A DNA stretch of 56,002 bases. Origin: Dehalococcoidia bacterium (lineage in GTDB: Bacteria > Chloroflexota > Dehalococcoidia > Bin125). Numbering within the stretch: the stretch's first letter is position 1; every line of letters starts with the position of its first letter. The stretch spans positions 1 to 56,002 of the forward strand of contig JAJDZG010000161.1 in the NCBI GenBank assembly GCA_022824765.1, read 5' to 3'. Both the position numbers and the translations under genes were made by a program. The notes below the pieces were generated by a model. The model was not told the DNA's origin. It saw only the letters and a program-made list of their open reading frames with translations, and searched no databases. This document shows positions 35,115-42,985 of the stretch, piece by piece.

Positions 35115-35633
35115 GTGCGCAGCAGCAACGAGCGTCCGCGCAAGGCGGGCGGCCGACGCACCGCGTCATCGCCGAAGTCGATCAAGAAGGGGATCGCCGT
35201 CAGTGCCGGCGGCGTTGTGTGGCGCGAACGGCCAGAACCTGGCGAGGTGGAGATTGTGCTGGTTCAGACGCCGGCGCGCCGCTGGTCGCTGCCCAAGGGT
35301 ACGCCGGAGAACGGCGAGAAGCTCGACGAAACGGCGATTCGGGAAGTTTCGGAAGAGACCGGTCTCGAGGTGCGGTTGGAGGAGAAGATCGGCGTCATGC
35401 GCTACTCGTTTGGCGGTCAGGAAGCGCGGATTGACAAGGCCGTCCACTTCTGGTTGATGCAACCGACCGGCGGGTCCTTCGCCAACCACGACGACGAGCA
35501 CATCGACGTGCGCTGGGTCGGTCTGGGCGACGCGATGAAGATGGTGAGCTACCGAAACACGGCCTGGTTGCTGCAGGACGCCGCCGTGCTGATCGACCGG
35601 AGAGTCGGCCCGCTGCAGGATGCAAGCAGCTGA
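35115..35633 (+). CDS. NUDIX hydrolase
   Basis: Nudix box LPKGTPENGEKLDETAIREVSEETGL. GTG 35115 follows GGAGGAGGAG; ATG 35091 is an alternative. Confidence 0.8.
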   Translation: MRSSNERPRKAGGRRTASSPKSIKKGIAVSAGGVVWRERPEPGEVEIVLVQTPARRWSLPKGTPENGEKLDETAIREVSEETGLEVRLEEKIGVMRYSFGGQEARIDKAVHFWLMQPTGGSFANHDDEHIDVRWVGLGDAMKMVSYRNTAWLLQDAAVLIDRRVGPLQDASS

Positions 35634-35710
35634 GTCCTCGCGCCGAGTCCTTGCACTGACCTGACTGGACTCTTCGAGCGGTCTAACCTGCGCAGCGAAC
35701 CAGGGCAGAG

Positions 35711-36298
35711 ATGCAGGAGCGTCGCTCGGTGGTCTCGATACCGGCTGACACGATCGCCGAGGGTGAGTTGGTGCGGTTGCGTCGCAAGCGGTTGGACGAC
35801 GCGCAGCTCGACTGGATTTGGCGGACTGACGTGGAACTGGCCGAGCTTGACGCTGCGCCGCTCAGCAAACTGACGTTCGAGCAGTATCGCAACCAGTACG
35901 CATGGCAGCTGCGCTCTACGCCGGTGTATCGCTCGACGTTTGCGGTCGAGGCGCTGGACGATTCGCGCCATGTCGGCAACGTGATGTACTACAACACCGA
36001 CTTCCAGCGCCGCGAGACCGAGCTGGGCATCCTGCTCGGTGATCGCACGGTCTGGGGCGGTGGATATGGTCGAGAGGCGGTGGTGCTCTTGCTCGACCAC
36101 GTCTTCACGAACACGTCATTGACGCGCGTCTACTTGCACACGCTGGACTGGAACGTGCGAGCACAGCGCGCCTTCAGCGCGGCTGGCTTCCGCGACTGCG
36201 GCCGTGTGAGGCGCGGCCCGCATCGTTTCCATCAGATGCACGCGTTGCGTGAGTGGTTCTGGGACCGGCACTACCAGCAGCGGATTGGCCGCATGTAA
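35711..36298 (+). CDS. GNAT family N-acetyltransferase (RimJ/RimL-like)
   Basis: ELGILLGDRTVWGGGYGREAVVLLLDHVF ... NVRAQRAFSAAGF. Confidence 0.85.
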   Translation: MQERRSVVSIPADTIAEGELVRLRRKRLDDAQLDWIWRTDVELAELDAAPLSKLTFEQYRNQYAWQLRSTPVYRSTFAVEALDDSRHVGNVMYYNTDFQRRETELGILLGDRTVWGGGYGREAVVLLLDHVFTNTSLTRVYLHTLDWNVRAQRAFSAAGFRDCGRVRRGPHRFHQMHALREWFWDRHYQQRIGRM

Positions 36299-36348
36299 GG
36301 TGTGCGCCGGCGACGTGGGTCGCCGACGTGGCCAACGGTGACCACGTA

Positions 36349-36376
36349 AACAACCGCGTCCGCGGACGCGGTTGTT
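36349..36376. terminator. perfect 28-nt palindrome between convergent genes
   Basis: AACAACCGCGTCCGCGGACGCGGTTGTT equals its own reverse complement. It could act as a bidirectional terminator. Confidence 0.5.
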
Positions 36377-36403
36377 CTCGCGTTGAGTCTGGTGTCGCGG
36401 AGG

Positions 36404-36871
36404 CTAGCCGCGGCTGGGCAGGACGACGACGCCGTTGCCCGGCGTGGAGACGGAACCGTCCGAGCGCACGCCCTCGATGTTGAGCTCAACGAAGTTGCGC
36501 TCGCCCTCGGTGTACTTGCGGGTGACGGTGCCGCGCAGCAGGAACTTCTGGTCCTTGGCCGACTCGCGGCCCTGCGCGGCCGGGTCCATGCCGCGGTAGG
36601 AGCACTGCACGCGCTTGACCGTGCCCTCGGGTCCCGCGAAGCGCCAGAGCAGCTCGCCCAGGAAGGCGTGCTTGAGCGCGCCGTGGACGATGATGTCGTC
36701 AAGGCCCGTGTCCTGCGCGTAGGATGTGTCGTAGTGGATCTGGTAGAAGTCGCCGGAGCCGGCGGCCCACTGGACCAGCTGCTGGCTGGTCGGGTTCTTC
36801 TCCAGCTCGGGAATGTTGTCGCCGACTTCGATGTCCTCGAAGTAGATCTGGTCAGGTACTGCGTCCGACAT
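36404..36871 (-). CDS. MaoC-family (hot-dog) dehydratase, catalytic-type subunit
   Basis: Hydratase-2-like motif AAGSGDFYQIHYD, with Asp and His present. Confidence 0.85.
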   Translation of the reverse strand: MSDAVPDQIYFEDIEVGDNIPELEKNPTSQQLVQWAAGSGDFYQIHYDTSYAQDTGLDDIIVHGALKHAFLGELLWRFAGPEGTVKRVQCSYRGMDPAAQGRESAKDQKFLLRGTVTRKYTEGERNFVELNIEGVRSDGSVSTPGNGVVVLPSRG

Positions 36872-36921
36872 GTGCTGTTCCTTCCGCTGTGGGGGTCAAT
36901 ATAGCCGAGTCGCTGGCGCGT

Positions 36922-37440
36922 CTAGGAGCCAGGTGCCGGGTAGGAGATGCCGGTGCCGCGCGAGTAGGCGACGACCTTGCCGTCCTGGTTCGTGTAGGTG
37001 GTCTCCGACACCTGGATCAGCATCGGGACGCCCAGCGCGCCCGACCATCGCTCGTTGAGCGAAGCCAATGCGGTCGCCGAGGTGAGCGTGTCGCCCGCGC
37101 AGATCTGCTCGCCGGTGTATTCGATGTCGGTGCCGCCGTTGAGCACCAACGGATACGGGGAGCGGAATCCGCCGCCGCCGCGCCGCCCGCCGAAGGTGGG
37201 ATCGGAATCGGCTGGGTTGTAGATCGGCGTGCCCAGGTAGCCCGGAGGTGCGGGCAGGCTGCGGAAGCCGCGCTCGGTCGCTGCCGCCTCGTCGTAGAAG
37301 ACTGGATCGACGTAGCCGACCGAGCGGGCGAACATGCGCACGCTCGTGGTGGTCAGCTCGCTGATCGTTTCTGGTCCCTTGACGCCGATCAGGGCCTTCA
37401 TCTCGTCGGTAATGACCGACTCAAACTCTTTGTCTGCCAT
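36922..37440 (-). CDS. MaoC N-terminal-like hot-dog protein (HadA-like non-catalytic partner)
   Basis: 172 aa. ITDEMKALIG ... TSVRMFARSVGYVDPVFYDEAAA is typical of the MaoC_dehydrat_N type. It lies 50 nt upstream of the catalytic-type gene. Confidence 0.75.
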   Translation of the reverse strand: MADKEFESVITDEMKALIGVKGPETISELTTTSVRMFARSVGYVDPVFYDEAAATERGFRSLPAPPGYLGTPIYNPADSDPTFGGRRGGGGFRSPYPLVLNGGTDIEYTGEQICAGDTLTSATALASLNERWSGALGVPMLIQVSETTYTNQDGKVVAYSRGTGISYPAPGS

Positions 37441-37488
37441 CTGTTGCCTCTCTACCCGCTGTTCGGGTGTGGTGTGCCGCTTGACAGT

Positions 37489-38193
37489 CTAATCGGCGAC
37501 GGCGACGCCGCCGATCTTGAGCTTGCGTGGACGCGAGGGGATTGCGAACTCTTCGCCGGTTGACATGTCGACGGCGCAGAAGTTGCCCAGCTTCAGCTCG
37601 CGGACGAGGTCCTGCCAGGTCTCGATCGAATCGGAGTCGAACCAGGTCGCGACCTTGCCGATGTCGTGTACGGCGTGGGAGTCGGTGCCGGCGGTGCCGT
37701 TCATGCCGGAGCGGGCGGCGAGATCGGCGGAGAACCGATTTTCGCGTTCCTTGCCGCGGCCGTTGAGGATTTCCAGGGCGATCACGTGCTCCATCGCGGA
37801 GTTGCTGAGCGCCTTCTCGACGGCGATGTCCCACTCGTTCTGGTCGTCCTTCCAGGCGATCTGGCGTCGGTAGGGGTGGGCCAGGACGAGTGCTCCGCCG
37901 CGCGGGTAGACATGCTCGGCGAGGCGGTCGACGCGGTGCATTCCGAAGACGTATTTCTCCATGCCCCAGGCGAGGATGTGGCCGGGGTCGGTCGAGACTT
38001 CGCAGCCGGGAATGACTGTGATCCCGATCTCTTCTGCAATCTGTTGGGCTTCCTCTTCCGGCCAGAGCGCGTCGTGCTCAGTGAGGCAGAAGGCGTCGAG
38101 CCCGGCGTCCTTGGCGCGCTGAGCGAGGTCTTTCGGGTCGAGCACCGAGTCGTGCGAGCGAGGCCAGGTGTGGTTGTGCAGGTCAATCAGCAT
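37489..38193 (-). CDS. PHP-domain metal-dependent phosphoesterase
   Basis: MLIDLHNHTWPRSHDS ... FCLTEHD ... GTDSHAV. Confidence 0.8.
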   Translation of the reverse strand: MLIDLHNHTWPRSHDSVLDPKDLAQRAKDAGLDAFCLTEHDALWPEEEAQQIAEEIGITVIPGCEVSTDPGHILAWGMEKYVFGMHRVDRLAEHVYPRGGALVLAHPYRRQIAWKDDQNEWDIAVEKALSNSAMEHVIALEILNGRGKERENRFSADLAARSGMNGTAGTDSHAVHDIGKVATWFDSDSIETWQDLVRELKLGNFCAVDMSTGEEFAIPSRPRKLKIGGVAVAD

Positions 38194-38330
38194 GCAGGCG
38201 TCTCATTCCAGGAGTCAGCCGCCGCGCTTGGGTGGCAGCCCACATGTTACCAGAGCGATCCTGAACCGCAGCGTGCGGCCGCGCGACGAGCTGAAGGGCG
38301 GCCCGGCAGCGAGCCGAGAACGTGCTGAGA

Positions 38331-38358
38331 TTGAGCGATGCGGACTGGGGGATATACT
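38331..38358 (+). promoter_or_regulatory. candidate sigma-70-type promoter for the nuo cluster
   Basis: TTGAGC (38331-38336), a 16-nt spacer, then TATACT (38353-38358). An 8-bp hairpin (38369-38376 / 38383-38390) follows, in the leader before nuoA. Confidence 0.3.
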
Positions 38359-38415
38359 CCCTCAGAGTCGTCCGCCGTCGGTGGCGGACGCGAGGTCAGA
38401 GCGGGGCGGATCGCG

Positions 38416-38796
38416 ATGGACAACGTCCTCGAGCAGTACGGGCACTTGGGGATCTTGCTGATCTTCGCCGCGGTGTTCCCGTCGATTCCGCTGATCGCGT
38501 CGTGGGCGATGTTCAAGTTCGGTCTGCGTCCGCGCATGCCCAATGCCGTCAAGTCGGACACCTACGAGTGCGGCGTCGAGACTGAAGGCCCGACTTGGGT
38601 GCAGTTCAACTTCCGCTACTACCTCGTCGCGCTGATCTTCGTGCTCTTCGACGTCGAGGTGATTTTCCTCTTTCCGCTCGCGGTGGCGTTGGACTCCGTC
38701 GTCGTGACCGGCCTGGTGGCCGCGCTGATCTTCATTGCGGTGCTCTTCCTCGGCCTCGTCTACGAATGGCGGCGGCAAGCTCTGGAGTGGCGTTAA
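38416..38796 (+). CDS. nuoA: NADH-quinone oxidoreductase subunit A
   Basis: YECG motif (DTYECGVE) and three TM spans. ATG 38416 follows GGGGCGGA. Confidence 0.9.
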   Translation: MDNVLEQYGHLGILLIFAAVFPSIPLIASWAMFKFGLRPRMPNAVKSDTYECGVETEGPTWVQFNFRYYLVALIFVLFDVEVIFLFPLAVALDSVVVTGLVAALIFIAVLFLGLVYEWRRQALEWR

Positions 38797-38797
38797 C

Positions 38798-39394
38798 GTG
38801 ACGACCCGCTACGACGCCGAGGCCGCAGCCGCGCTGGTCAATGACGCCATTTCGGGCGCGGCCTGCGTGGACGGCGGCGACCTGTACCTGGACTCGACCT
38901 GCCTAGTCGACGCAGTGCGCGTCCTGCGCGACGGTGGCGACAGCGATCTCGTCTTCCTCTGCAACTTGACGGCCGTCGACTACGAGCGGCACTTCGAGGT
39001 CGTCTATCACCTGCAATCGCTGGATCTGAACCACATTCTGACGGTGAAGGCTCGCCTCCATGACCACGAGGATCCGGCGCTGCCGTCGTTGACCGGGCTC
39101 TTCCACGGCGCGCATTTGCAGGAACGCGAGGTTTACGACCTCTTCGGCATTCGCTTTGAGGGTCATCCCAATCTGCAGCGCATGTTCCTCTGGGACGGCT
39201 TTCCCGGTTATCCGTTGCGCAAGGATTTTCTGCAGATGCCGGGCGATGTGCGGGCCGGTCTGCCCGGTTTCCCGCACGAGAGGGAAGAGAACGCCTGGCC
39301 GGTGCCGGGCAGCGTGCCGCAGCGTCCCTACCATCCCAATGACCCGGCGCCGCCGAGCGATGTCGCCGCGGTTGAGGGCGAGGAGGCGTCGTGA
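38798..39394 (+). CDS. nuoC: NADH-quinone oxidoreductase subunit C
   Basis: The GTG lies 1 nt after the nuoA stop. LTAVDY, HLQEREVYDLFGIRFEGHPNLQRMF. Confidence 0.9.
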   Translation: MTTRYDAEAAAALVNDAISGAACVDGGDLYLDSTCLVDAVRVLRDGGDSDLVFLCNLTAVDYERHFEVVYHLQSLDLNHILTVKARLHDHEDPALPSLTGLFHGAHLQEREVYDLFGIRFEGHPNLQRMFLWDGFPGYPLRKDFLQMPGDVRAGLPGFPHEREENAWPVPGSVPQRPYHPNDPAPPSDVAAVEGEEAS

Positions 39395-40551
39395 CTACAT
39401 CCGACGACACCCGTCTGGCCATGCAGGGCACGATCGAGGCGCTGACCTCGGGTGGCGGCTCTGAGCCGGTCGTGGTCAACCTCGGACCTCAGCATCCATC
39501 CACGCACGGCGTGTTCCGCCTGAAGGTCACGCTGGACGGAGAAATCGTGCAGGACGCCGAGATGCGGATCGGATATCTGCATCGTTCGATGGAGAAGCTG
39601 GCCGAAGAGCGTACGTACACGCAGAACATTCCCTTCACAGACCGCATCGATTACCTCGCTGCGATGTCCAACAACCTCGCCTACTGTCTGGCGGCCGAGG
39701 AGTTGCTGGGCATCGAGGTACCGGCGCGCGCACAGGCGATCCGGGTGATGTTCGCCGAGCTGCAGCGTGTCGCCTCGCATGCGATGGCCAACGGCACGTT
39801 CATCAATGACTGCGGCGCCTGGCACACGCCGCTCTTCCACATGTTCCGCGACCGTGAGCGCGTGCTCGACATGTTCGAGATGACCTGCGGCGCCCGCCTG
39901 ACCACCAACTACATGCGGATCGGCGGCGTTGCCTTCGATCTGCCGGACGAGCTGCTGCCCACGCTCGAGCGGTTCCTGGATGACATGCCCGAGAACATCG
40001 CCAACTACGAGGCGCTGTTGCTGGAGAACGAGATCCTCCACGCCCGCGCTCGCGGGGTTGGCGTGATCTCGCCCGAGATGGCGATCAACTCGTCGCTGTC
40101 GGGCCCGGTCTTGCGCGCGACCGGCGTGCCCTGGGATTTGCGCAAGGCCAGCCCATATTGCGGGTACGAGCAGTACGAGTTTGATGTACCGGTTGGCGAA
40201 CGGGGCGATTGTTTCGACCGCTTCCTCGTCCGCATGGCCGAGGTCAAGCAGAGCCTACACATCCTGCGCCAGGTGGTGGACGCTCTGCCCGAGGGTCCGT
40301 ATCTGGCCGACGTGCCGCTGCACGCGCGGCCCGAACCCGGCGAGGCGTACGCGCGCGTCGAGTCTCCACGCGGAGAGCTGGGTTTCTACCTGGTCTCGGA
40401 CGGCGGGCCGGCGCCGTACCGCTTCCACTGCCGCCCGCCGTCGCTGATCAATCTCTCTGCGCTGAAGGAAATGTCGTTGGGCGGTACCCTGGCAGACGCG
40501 ATCGTGACGCTGGGCTCGATTGACATCGTGGTGGGGGAGATCGATCGATGA
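39391..40551 (+). CDS. nuoD: NADH-quinone oxidoreductase subunit D
   Basis: NLGPQHPSTHGVFRL, IGYLHRSMEKLAE, ESPRGELGFYLVSDG. Confidence 0.95.
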   Translation: MTTSDDTRLAMQGTIEALTSGGGSEPVVVNLGPQHPSTHGVFRLKVTLDGEIVQDAEMRIGYLHRSMEKLAEERTYTQNIPFTDRIDYLAAMSNNLAYCLAAEELLGIEVPARAQAIRVMFAELQRVASHAMANGTFINDCGAWHTPLFHMFRDRERVLDMFEMTCGARLTTNYMRIGGVAFDLPDELLPTLERFLDDMPENIANYEALLLENEILHARARGVGVISPEMAINSSLSGPVLRATGVPWDLRKASPYCGYEQYEFDVPVGERGDCFDRFLVRMAEVKQSLHILRQVVDALPEGPYLADVPLHARPEPGEAYARVESPRGELGFYLVSDGGPAPYRFHCRPPSLINLSALKEMSLGGTLADAIVTLGSIDIVVGEIDR

Positions 40552-41852
40552 TGGAGATCGCCGGCCTGAGCGGAATTCTGGGCGCGTGGTACGACTTCCG
40601 CGACCTGAACAACCTGCAGCGGCTGATCACCGAGTGGATCGCCGATTGGGGGCCGGACTGGCTGGCCTCGATCGTGACCGGGCTGCTCGGTGCGCTCGGC
40701 ATTCTCGGTGTGATCGGACCGACGCTGCTGGTCTTGATCTGGGTTGAGCGCAAGGTGATTGCGCGTTTCCAACAGCGCTACGGACCCAACCGCGTGGGAC
40801 CCAAAGGACTGCTCCAGCCCGTTGCCGACGCCGTCAAGCTGATCCTCAAGGAGCAGCTCGCGCCGCGCGCGGCCGACAAGCTGATCTTCTTCCTGCCGCC
40901 GGTGCTGATCTTCATCCCGGGCATCCTAATCTGGGGGGTGCTGCCGTTCGGACCGCGGATGTCGGTGGCCGACCTCAATGTGGGCGTCCTCTTCCTGCTC
41001 GCCGTGTCGGGCACGGCGGTGCTGGTCATTTTCATGGCCGGCTGGTCGTCCAACAACAAGTACGCGCTGCTCGGCGCGATGCGGGCCGTGGCGATGTCGA
41101 TCTCCTACGAAGTGCCGATGGTGCTGGCGCTGCTCACGTTGGTGGTGTTCTCGGGCACGATGTCGATCAACGGCATCGTCGAGTGGCAGCAGCAGGAGGA
41201 TGTGATCTTCATCCTGCTCTTCCCGCTCACGGCGCTGGTCTTCTTCTTCGCGGCTTCGGCTGAGCTCAACCGCACCCCGGCCGACATATCAGAGGCTGAA
41301 TCCGAGATCGTCGCCGGTTACCACACGGAGTACTCGGGGATGCGATTTGGCCTCTTCTACGCGGTCGAACTAGGCAACACGCTGGTGGTCTCGGGCTTCA
41401 TCGCGACATTCTTCCTCGGTGGATGGTGGCTGTGGGGATTGGACGAATGGGTGCCCAGCTGGATCATCCTGCTGGCCAAGACCGGTGCTGTCTACTTCTT
41501 GCTGATCTGGACGCGAGGCACGCTGCCGCGACTGCGCGTCGACCAGTTGATGAGTCTGTGTTGGAAGGCGCTCGTGCCGGCGACGCTGCTGTTCGTCGTG
41601 GTCGCCTTTGTCGAGCGCACGCTGCTGATCTCGGAAGGCTGGGACACGACCATTGCGCTGCCGATTATGGCGGTGATCAACATCGGCTTGTCGCTTGGCG
41701 CGATCATGCTATTCGCCCGCGTCGCGCGTCCCGCGGACCTGCGTCGTCCAGCCCGGATTCGGATGGCGGGCGCGGAGATCGGCGGGCTGCGAGCCGCGCG
41801 CAGTGTCGCCGCGCGCAGCGAGGAACCGCAGTTCCAGGTGGGCGGCGACTAA
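40548..41852 (+). CDS. nuoH: NADH-quinone oxidoreductase subunit H (434 aa; seems long for the family, from memory)
   Basis: WVERKVIARFQQRYGPNRVGPKGLLQPVADAVKL, AESEIVAGYHTEYSGMRF. Confidence 0.95.
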   Translation: MMEIAGLSGILGAWYDFRDLNNLQRLITEWIADWGPDWLASIVTGLLGALGILGVIGPTLLVLIWVERKVIARFQQRYGPNRVGPKGLLQPVADAVKLILKEQLAPRAADKLIFFLPPVLIFIPGILIWGVLPFGPRMSVADLNVGVLFLLAVSGTAVLVIFMAGWSSNNKYALLGAMRAVAMSISYEVPMVLALLTLVVFSGTMSINGIVEWQQQEDVIFILLFPLTALVFFFAASAELNRTPADISEAESEIVAGYHTEYSGMRFGLFYAVELGNTLVVSGFIATFFLGGWWLWGLDEWVPSWIILLAKTGAVYFLLIWTRGTLPRLRVDQLMSLCWKALVPATLLFVVVAFVERTLLISEGWDTTIALPIMAVINIGLSLGAIMLFARVARPADLRRPARIRMAGAEIGGLRAARSVAARSEEPQFQVGGD

Positions 41853-41853
41853 G

Positions 41854-42468
41854 ATGAGCGACTTCGGCTTCCACCTCGCATTCTGGTCTCTCGCGGCGAT
41901 GACGATCGGCGGCGCGTCGATGATCATGGTCAGTCGCAACCTGATTCACGCGGTGGTCTGGTTGGTGCTGTCGATGCTCGGCGTCGCGGGCCTCTATCTG
42001 ACGCTGTCGGCCGACTTCATTGCCGTGGTGCAGGTGCTGATTTACGTCGGCGCGATTTCGGTGCTGATGCTCTTTGCGATCATGCTGACGCCGCGCGCCG
42101 AGCGCGACAATTCCTCGTCCTTGAAGACCGCCGGACCGGCCGGGGTCGTCGTGATCATGGTCATGATCGCCACCTTCTGGGTCGCTATCGACACCGATTG
42201 GGGCTCCGTCCGCGAGGTAGCGTTGACTGATCAGGCGCGGCTGATCGGCGAAAGCCTAATCAAGCATTACATTCTGCCCTTCGAGATCGGCGCGGTGCTC
42301 TTGACCGCGGCGTTGGTCGGCGCGATTGCGCTGGCCCGCGAAGACGACGAGGACGCCGCCGTCCACGCGGCCTCGCTGCAGGCTGAACTGGACGGTCTGG
42401 AGTTTGACCCGGTCGATGTCGTTGATCCGCCGATTCCCGCCGAGCCGGAGAGCGAGGCTCGATCATGA
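41854..42468 (+). CDS. nuoJ: NADH-quinone oxidoreductase subunit J
   Basis: The ATG lies 1 nt after the nuoH stop. VVQVLIYVGAISVLMLFAIML. It has an acidic C-terminal tail. Confidence 0.9.
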   Translation: MSDFGFHLAFWSLAAMTIGGASMIMVSRNLIHAVVWLVLSMLGVAGLYLTLSADFIAVVQVLIYVGAISVLMLFAIMLTPRAERDNSSSLKTAGPAGVVVIMVMIATFWVAIDTDWGSVREVALTDQARLIGESLIKHYILPFEIGAVLLTAALVGAIALAREDDEDAAVHAASLQAELDGLEFDPVDVVDPPIPAEPESEARS

Positions 42469-42779
42469 TCATCGGTCTCGAGCACTACCTGATCCTCGGC
42501 GCGATCCTCTTCTGTATCGGGTTCTTCATCGCGCTGTCGAAGAAGAACGCGATCGGCGTGCTGATCGGCGTGGAGCTGATGCTCAACGCAGTCAATCTGA
42601 CGCTGGTCGCCTTCTCGCGCTTCAGCACCACGGAGATCGCGCTGTCGACGCAGGTCTTCGTGGTTTTCATCATTGCCGTCGCGGCGGCGGAGGTCGCCGT
42701 GGGCCTGGCGCTGGCGCTCGTCGTCTATCGCAACCGACAAACCATTTCGGTCGACCGCACGACCTTGCTGAAGGGCTGA
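42465..42779 (+). CDS. nuoK: NADH-quinone oxidoreductase subunit K
   Basis: 104 aa with three TM spans. GVELMLNAVNLTLVAF, AAAEVAVGLAL. Confidence 0.9.
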   Translation: MIIGLEHYLILGAILFCIGFFIALSKKNAIGVLIGVELMLNAVNLTLVAFSRFSTTEIALSTQVFVVFIIAVAAAEVAVGLALALVVYRNRQTISVDRTTLLKG

Positions 42780-42786
42780 TGCTGGG

Positions 42787-42981
42787 ATGTGGGCGCCATT
42801 GATGACCGCACCGAACCGCTACGTCGCCGAGACGCTGCGTGAGCTGTTGGCCGCCGAAGGTGTGTCCGTGCGCTTTGTGGTCGAACCGGATCGACAGGCT
42901 GACGGCGACTTTGCGCCGGTGATGCTGATGGTGCCCGACTCGAAGACGCATGTTGCGCGAGAAATCCTGGGGAAGGTGTAA
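42787..42981 (+). CDS. DUF2007-like small protein (putative signal-transducing ferredoxin-like fold) embedded in the nuo cluster
   Basis: 64 aa: NRYVAETLRELLAAEGVSVRFVVE ... VMLMVPDSKTHVAREIL. It sits 7 nt after nuoK and 4 nt before nuoL. The family call is by eye. Confidence 0.5.
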   Translation: MWAPLMTAPNRYVAETLRELLAAEGVSVRFVVEPDRQADGDFAPVMLMVPDSKTHVAREILGKV

Positions 42982-42985
42982 CGGC

